From contig QHSZ01000086.1 in NCBI GenBank assembly GCA_003220595.1, positions 1 through 53,797 of the forward strand: 53,797 nt of DNA, given 5' to 3'. Below are positions 48,595 to 53,797 of this stretch, piece after piece. Made by a program: the position numbers and the translations under genes. The notes under the pieces were generated by a model. The model made no database searches and was not told the DNA's origin. It was given only the letters and a program-made list of their open reading frames with translations. Within the stretch, counting starts at the first letter, position 1; the number at the start of each line of letters is the position of its first letter. This DNA is from Candidatus Rokuibacteriota bacterium. GTDB taxonomy: Bacteria; Methylomirabilota; Methylomirabilia; Rokubacteriales; CSP1-6.

Positions 48595-48791
48595 GCGACG
48601 CGCCCCTGACTCGGGCCACCCACGGTTCACGCCGGCCTCGTGGACCCCGCTACCAAATGAGCGACGCGCGCCTGTTTCAGGCCACCCACGGTTCGCGCCG
48701 GCCTCGTGGACCCCGCTACCAAATGAGCGACGCGCGCCTGTTTCAGGCCACCCACGGTTCGCGCCGGCCTCGTGGACCCCGCTACCGATGA
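48591..48791 (+). repeat. three tandem 66-bp family A repeats forming a 66-aa ORF coupled to trpF and trpB
   Basis: Units start at 48591, 48657 and 48723; ATGA overlaps at 48591 (trpF stop) and 48788 (trpB start). Confidence 0.93.
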
Positions 48792-50005
48792 AGCGCGCGC
48801 GGCCTCGGCCCGCCGCCCTGCCCGACGCGCAGGGGCACTTCGGCCGGTTCGGCGGCCGCTTCGTGCCCGAGACGCTCATGGCCCCGCTCGTCGAGCTCGA
48901 GCGCGCGTACGCCCGGGCGCGCCGCGACCCCGCGTTCCAGGCGCGCCTCGCCGGGCTCCTCCGGGACTACGCCGGGCGGCCCACCCCGCTCTACTTCGCG
49001 ACGCGCCTCAGCGAGCAGGCCGGCGGCGCCCGGATCTACCTGAAGCGCGAGGACCTCTGTCACACCGGCGCCCACAAGATCAACAACGTCCTCGGCCAGG
49101 CGCTCCTCGCCGAGCGGATGGGCAAGCGGCGGGTGATTGCCGAGACCGGCGCGGGCCAGCACGGCGTCGCGACCGCGACCGCCGCGGCGCTCCTGGGCCT
49201 CGCGTGCGAGGTGTACATGGGCGCGGAGGATATCGAGCGGCAGGCGCTCAACGTCTTCCGGATGCGCCTGCTCGGCGCGCGCGTCGTCCCGGTCGAGTCG
49301 GGGAGCCGCACGCTCAAGGACGCGATCAACGAGGCGCTGCGCGACTGGGTCACGAACGTGCGCACGACCTACTACCTCCTCGGCTCGGCGCTCGGCCCGC
49401 ACCCGTACCCGGTGATGGTCCGCGACTTCCACGCCGTCATCGGCGCGGAGACGCGGCGGCAGGCCCGCCAGGCGCTCGGCCGGCTTCCGGACGCGCTGGT
49501 CGCGTGCGTCGGCGGCGGCTCGAACGCGATCGGGCTCTTCCACCCGTTCATCGGCGACCGCCGGGTCAGGATCATCGGCGTCGAGCCCGGCGGCGAGGGG
49601 CTCGCAACGGGCCGGCACGGCGCCTCGATGACCGCGGGGCGCGTGGGGGTGCTGCACGGCTGCATGAGCTACCTGCTCCAGAGCGACGACGGTCAGATCG
49701 CCACCGCCCACTCGATCTCGGCGGGGCTCGATTACCCGGGCGTCGGGCCCGAGCACGCCTACTACCGCGACGCGGGCCGCTTCGAGTTCGTGGCCGTGAC
49801 GGACGAGGAGGCGCTCGAGGGCTTCGAGGCGCTCACGCGCCTCGAAGGCATCATGCCGGCGCTCGAGTCGGCCCACGCCGTCGCGCACGCGATGCGGCTC
49901 GCCAAGACCCTGCCGCGCGCGAAGGCGATCGTCGTGGGCCTCTCCGGGCGCGGCGACAAGGACGTGCACGTCGTCGCCAAGGCCCTCGGCACGGAGGTCA
50001 AATGA
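48788..50005 (+). CDS. trpB: tryptophan synthase beta subunit
   Basis: [50 protein letters not shown]. Confidence 0.97.
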   Translation: MKRARPRPAALPDAQGHFGRFGGRFVPETLMAPLVELERAYARARRDPAFQARLAGLLRDYAGRPTPLYFATRLSEQAGGARIYLKREDLCHTGAHKINNVLGQALLAERMGKRRVIAETGAGQHGVATATAAALLGLACEVYMGAEDIERQALNVFRMRLLGARVVPVESGSRTLKDAINEALRDWVTNVRTTYYLLGSALGPHPYPVMVRDFHAVIGAETRRQARQALGRLPDALVACVGGGSNAIGLFHPFIGDRRVRIIGVEPGGEGLATGRHGASMTAGRVGVLHGCMSYLLQSDDGQIATAHSISAGLDYPGVGPEHAYYRDAGRFEFVAVTDEEALEGFEALTRLEGIMPALESAHAVAHAMRLAKTLPRAKAIVVGLSGRGDKDVHVVAKALGTEVK

Positions 50006-50067
50006 GCGACGCGCGCCTGGCTCAGGCCACCGACGGTGCACGCCGGCCTCGCGGACCCCGCTACAAA
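50002..50067 (+). repeat. family A repeat fused in frame to the 5' end of trpA
   Basis: ATGAGCGAC...CCGCTACAAA encodes [22 protein letters not shown], followed by TTG ACC CGC of TrpA. Confidence 0.92.
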
Positions 50068-50871
50068 TTGACCCGCCTTGGCGAGACCTTCGAGGGCCTC
50101 CGGGCCCGCGGCGAGCGCGCGCTCGTCGCGTACCTGACCGCGGGCGACCCCTCGCTCGCCGACACGCGCCGGCTCGTGCTCGAGGCGGCGCGGCGCGGCG
50201 CCGACGTGGTCGAGCTCGGCGTGCCGTTCTCCGATCCGCTCGCCGACGGGCCCGTCATCCAGCGCGCGGCGATGCGGGCCCTGGACCGCGGGACGACGCT
50301 GCCGCGGGTGCTCGAGACCGTCGCCACGCTCCGGGCGGAGACCAACGTGCCGATCGCGCTGCTCACGTACTACAACCCCGTCCTCGCCTTCGGCCTGAAG
50401 GCCTTCGCCCGCACCGCGGCCGACGCGGGCGTGGACGGTGTGATCGTCGCCGACCTGCCGCCCGAGGAGGCGGACCCCCTCGCGGCGGAAGCAGAGGCGG
50501 CGGGCCTCGACCTCGTCGCCATGGTCGCGCCGACGTCGACGCCCGAGCGCGTGCGCCTCATCGCGCGCCGGAGCCGCGGCTTCATCTACCTCGTCGCGCT
50601 GACCGGCGTGACCGGCGAGCGGCGGGAGGTGCCGCGCGATCTGGCGGCGCAGATCCGCGCGCTCCGGCGGGTCACGCGCATGCCCGTGTGCGTCGGCTTC
50701 GGCATCTCGCGGCCGGAGCACGTCGAGGCCGTGGGGCGGCTGGCGGACGGCGTGATCGTCGGCTCGGCGATCGTGCGCCTCGTCGAGGAGCGGGCCGGGT
50801 CGGCCGGCCTCGTGGAGGCCGTCGGCGACTTCGTCGCGGCGCTGAAGGCGCCGCTCCGTGGGCCGAGGTAG
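50002..50871 (+). CDS. trpA: tryptophan synthase alpha subunit (22-aa repeat-derived extension; alternative start TTG 50068)
   Basis: [43 protein letters not shown]. Confidence 0.95.
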   Translation: MSDARLAQATDGARRPRGPRYKLTRLGETFEGLRARGERALVAYLTAGDPSLADTRRLVLEAARRGADVVELGVPFSDPLADGPVIQRAAMRALDRGTTLPRVLETVATLRAETNVPIALLTYYNPVLAFGLKAFARTAADAGVDGVIVADLPPEEADPLAAEAEAAGLDLVAMVAPTSTPERVRLIARRSRGFIYLVALTGVTGERREVPRDLAAQIRALRRVTRMPVCVGFGISRPEHVEAVGRLADGVIVGSAIVRLVEERAGSAGLVEAVGDFVAALKAPLRGPR

Positions 50872-50874
50872 GCC

Positions 50875-51735
50875 ATGGCGTGGTTCAAGCGGAAGACCGA
50901 CGGGTCGGAGGGCAAGGCGAGCCGCGTCCACATCGCCGAGGGCCTCTGGATCAAGTGCGACTCGTGCAAGGAGATCATCTATCGCGCCGAGGTGGAGCGC
51001 GCCGGGCGGGTCTGCCCCAAGTGCAACTACCCCTTCCGCATCTCCGCCCGCGAGCGCATCACTCTCCTGGCCGACCCGGGCTCCTACGAGGAGCGCGACA
51101 CGACCCTCGAGACGACTGACCCGCTCGCCTTCAAGGACACCAAGAAGTACAGGGACCGCGTCCGGGCGGCCATGCAGAAGACGCGCGCCGACGAGGCGGT
51201 GGTCTGCGGGCTGGCGCGGATCGGTGGGCTCCCCGCGGTGCTCTGCGTGTTCGAGTTCGGCTTCCTCGGGGGCAGCATGGGCTCGGTCGTCGGCGAGAAG
51301 CTCACACGCGCGATCGAGCTCGCGATCGACAAGCACGTGCCGGTCGTCATCGTCTCGGCCTCCGGCGGCGCACGGATGCAGGAGGGGATCCTCTCGCTGA
51401 TGCAGATGGCGAAGACCTCGGCGGCGCTCCAGCGGCTCGGCGAGCGCCGGCTCCCGTACGTCTCCGTCCTGACCGACCCGACGACCGGGGGCGTCACGGC
51501 GAGCTTCGCGATGCTCGGCGACGTGATCATGGCCGAGCCGCGCGCGCTCATCGGTTTCGCCGGGCCGCGCGTCATCGCCGAGACGATCCGCCAGCCGCTC
51601 CCCGAGGGCTTCCAGCGCTCGGAGTTCCTGCTGGAGCACGGGCAGCTCGACCTGATCGTGGACCGGCGCGACCTCAAGGAGACGCTGCGCCGGATCCTGG
51701 CCTTCTTCGCGGACCAGCCGTCCCAGCCGGGTTAA
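50875..51735 (+). CDS. accD: acetyl-CoA carboxylase carboxyltransferase beta subunit
   Basis: GLWIKCDSC...CPKC, GGSMGSVVGEK, SGGARMQEG, PTTGGVTASF. Confidence 0.96.
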   Translation: MAWFKRKTDGSEGKASRVHIAEGLWIKCDSCKEIIYRAEVERAGRVCPKCNYPFRISARERITLLADPGSYEERDTTLETTDPLAFKDTKKYRDRVRAAMQKTRADEAVVCGLARIGGLPAVLCVFEFGFLGGSMGSVVGEKLTRAIELAIDKHVPVVIVSASGGARMQEGILSLMQMAKTSAALQRLGERRLPYVSVLTDPTTGGVTASFAMLGDVIMAEPRALIGFAGPRVIAETIRQPLPEGFQRSEFLLEHGQLDLIVDRRDLKETLRRILAFFADQPSQPG

Positions 51736-51742
51736 CCCGCCG

Positions 51743-53059
51743 GTGACGTACGCCGACGCGGTCGCCCGGCTCACCGCCCTGCGCGGCGGCGAGCACGCAG
51801 GCATGCGTCCCGGGCTCGAGCGCATCGAGGCACTGCTCGCCGCGCTGGGCCATCCCGAGCGGCGCTACCGGCTCGTCCAGATCGGCGGCACGAACGGCAA
51901 GGGCTCGGTGGCGGCGCTGCTCGCCGCGATCCTCAAGGCGGCCGGTCACCGCGTTGGCCTCTACACGTCGCCGCACCTCGTCTCGTTCCGCGAGCGCATC
52001 CGCGTGAACGCCGAGGCGATCCCCGAGGACGGTGTCGTGGACGGCGTCGAGGCGCTCGGCACGCTCGTCGCGCGCCTCGACGCGACGATGTTCGAGGCGA
52101 CGACCGCGCTCGCGCTCGACCACTTCGCGCGTGAGGCGGTGGACGTCGCCGTGCTCGAGGTGGGGCTCGGCGGCCGGCTCGACGCGACGACCGTCGGCGT
52201 GCCCGCGGTGACGGTGATCACGCGCCTGGACCTCGACCACCAGCAGGTCCTCGGGCCTACGCTCGCCGCGATCGCGGCGGAGAAGGCGGCGATCATCCGG
52301 AGCGGCGTCGCGTTCGCCGCGGCCCAGGCGCCCGAGGCGACCGAAGTCCTCGTGCGCCGGGCCGCCGAGGTGGGCGTCCCGCTGCGCCTCGCGGGGCGCG
52401 ACCTCCACGTCTCGGTCGCGGGCCGCAGTCTCGACGGCCAGGTGATCGCGTGCGCGGGCCCGACCTGGAGGCTCAGGGACCTGCGCCTTCCCATGCTCGG
52501 CACGTTCCAGCCGGCGAACGCGCTGCTCGCCGTGGCGGCGGCACGCGAGCTCGACGTCCCCGAGGCGGCGATGCGCGAGGGTCTCGAGCGCGCGCGCTGG
52601 CCGGGGCGCTTCCAGGTCCTCCGGCGAGCCGACGGCGTCCTCGTGCTGGACGGCGCGCACAACCCGGCCGGCGCCCGCGCGCTCGCGAGCTCCCTCCGCG
52701 AGTTCTTCGCCGGATGCCGGGTCACGTTCGTGCTCGGGATCCTGCGCGACAAGGACGCCGCCGGGATCGTCGCCGAGCTCTCGCCCCTCGCGGACCGGCT
52801 CGTCCTGACCGCCGCCTCGAACCCGCGCGCCACCCATCCCGACACGCTCCGGGCGGCGGTGCCGGCCTCCGTCGGGCGCGTCGAGACGGCGCCGTCGCCA
52901 GCCGAGGCCCTAGCGCTGGCGGCCGGCGGCCGCTCGACCCCCATCGTTTGTGTCGCGGGCTCGCTGTCGTTGATCGGGGACGTCCTCCGCCACCTCGCCG
53001 GGGGCGATACCCCTTGCCCCATCGAAAAGGGGGCTGATAGCATGGGGCCCCTTTCCTGA
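51743..53059 (+). CDS. folC: folylpolyglutamate synthase/dihydrofolate synthase
   Basis: GTNGKGS, YTSPHL, EVGLGGRLDAT, WPGR, LDGAHN. Confidence 0.95.
   Translation: MTYADAVARLTALRGGEHAGMRPGLERIEALLAALGHPERRYRLVQIGGTNGKGSVAALLAAILKAAGHRVGLYTSPHLVSFRERIRVNAEAIPEDGVVDGVEALGTLVARLDATMFEATTALALDHFAREAVDVAVLEVGLGGRLDATTVGVPAVTVITRLDLDHQQVLGPTLAAIAAEKAAIIRSGVAFAAAQAPEATEVLVRRAAEVGVPLRLAGRDLHVSVAGRSLDGQVIACAGPTWRLRDLRLPMLGTFQPANALLAVAAARELDVPEAAMREGLERARWPGRFQVLRRADGVLVLDGAHNPAGARALASSLREFFAGCRVTFVLGILRDKDAAGIVAELSPLADRLVLTAASNPRATHPDTLRAAVPASVGRVETAPSPAEALALAAGGRSTPIVCVAGSLSLIGDVLRHLAGGDTPCPIEKGADSMGPLS
53014..53043 (+). promoter_or_regulatory. putative promoter for lptD inside the folC 3' end
   Basis: TTGCCC-N18-TAGCAT with an extended TGn. 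Confidence 0.4.
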
Positions 53060-53079
53060 CGAGGACTTTCCAGACACCG

Positions 53080-53797
53080 ATGAGGCGATTCCGCGCTGCG
53101 GTCGTGCTCCTGGCCGGCGCGCTGCTGGCGGGGCCCTCCCCGACGGCCGCCCAGGCGCCGACGACCGCGACCGTGAAGACCGCCGGAGGGGACGTGACGA
53201 TCATCGCCGACCGGCTCGAGCAGTCGGGGACCGACAACCTGATCGTGGCGACGGGCAACGTCGAGGTCACGCGCGGGACGGCGCGCTTGCTCGCCGACCG
53301 CGTCGAGATCAACCGCGAGACGGGCGACGCGACCGCGCTGGGGCGCGTGATCTTCTACGACGGCGAGGACCGCCTGACCGGCGACCGCGTCGAGTACAAC
53401 CTCAAGAACGGCACCGGCGTGGTCTACCAGGGGCGCCTGCAAGTCGCGCCGTACTACCGCATCGGCGGCGAGCGCATGGAGCGGCTCGCGGAGAGCGTCT
53501 ACCACGTCCGCCGCGGCGTCTTCACGACGTGCGAGGAGGACACGCCCGCGTGGTCGTTCAGGTTCGGCGAGGCGACCGCCGACCTCAACGAGCTGATCTA
53601 CGGCACGAACGTCTCGTTCTGGCTCAAGGACGTGCCCCTCATCCCGTTCGTGCCGTTCTTCGCCGCCGCGATCCGCCGCGAGCGCCAGACGGGTTTCCTC
53701 CCGCCGAACGTCGGGACCTCGACGCGCAAGGGCTTCTCCGCCCAGATCCCCTTCTTCTGGGCGATCTCCGACAGCCAGGACGCCACGTTCGCGCTGG
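53080..53797 (+). CDS. lptD: LPS-assembly protein LptD (3'-truncated by window edge)
   Basis: Signal peptide MRRFRAAVVLLAG; IIADRLEQ, ATGNVEV, LLADRV, FTTCEEDTPAW, RQTGFLPP; not in the ORF track because there is no stop in the window. Confidence 0.85.
   Translation, partial: MRRFRAAVVLLAGALLAGPSPTAAQAPTTATVKTAGGDVTIIADRLEQSGTDNLIVATGNVEVTRGTARLLADRVEINRETGDATALGRVIFYDGEDRLTGDRVEYNLKNGTGVVYQGRLQVAPYYRIGGERMERLAESVYHVRRGVFTTCEEDTPAWSFRFGEATADLNELIYGTNVSFWLKDVPLIPFVPFFAAAIRRERQTGFLPPNVGTSTRKGFSAQIPFFWAISDSQDATFAL

Noticed and set aside
48591-48791. CRISPR array
   Set aside because: Units are contiguous near-identical 66-mers with no unique spacers, and no cas genes are nearby.
48591-48791. trp attenuator leader peptide
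   Set aside because: It has no Trp codons and no U-tract terminator, lies inside the operon, and the same repeat occurs in an unrelated glycan operon.
53024-53055. Family B repeat copy or terminator at the folC 3' end (CATGGGGCCCC)
   Set aside because: Only a short match without the rest of the element; the hairpin is imperfect and lies within coding sequence.

Overview
Very GC-rich bacterial chromosomal segment, tentatively Candidatus Rokubacteria/Methylomirabilota-like; this is an impression from gene style, not a tested assignment. From left to right it contains: the end of a catabolic operon (alpha/beta hydrolase, SDR, luciferase-like monooxygenase); a 52-aa basic SWIB-like mini-protein gene; HAD, dacA-like and HU genes; tRNA-Thr(CGT); RidA; a TPR protein; an orphan GvpL/F-like gene; and degP. 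A ~33-kb Wzx/Wzy-type polysaccharide cluster (12666-45845) follows, then pncB, trpC-trpF-trpB-trpA, accD, folC and the start of lptD. The most striking unexplained signal is a 66-bp structured, open-reading repeat (peptide [22 protein letters not shown]). It has six near-complete copies at three loci. At each locus the array starts exactly at a start/stop (A/G)TGA overlap inside an operon. It either forms a relay mini-ORF that re-couples to the next gene or fuses in frame to TrpA. A second structured repeat family (~80 bp) is nested in one copy. The polysaccharide cluster also has unusual architectures: a Wzc-TM-SPOR fusion, a degenerate HD-GYP protein, an AsnB-GT4 fusion and a GT2-methyltransferase fusion. 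All calls come from motif recognition by eye; no searches were run.
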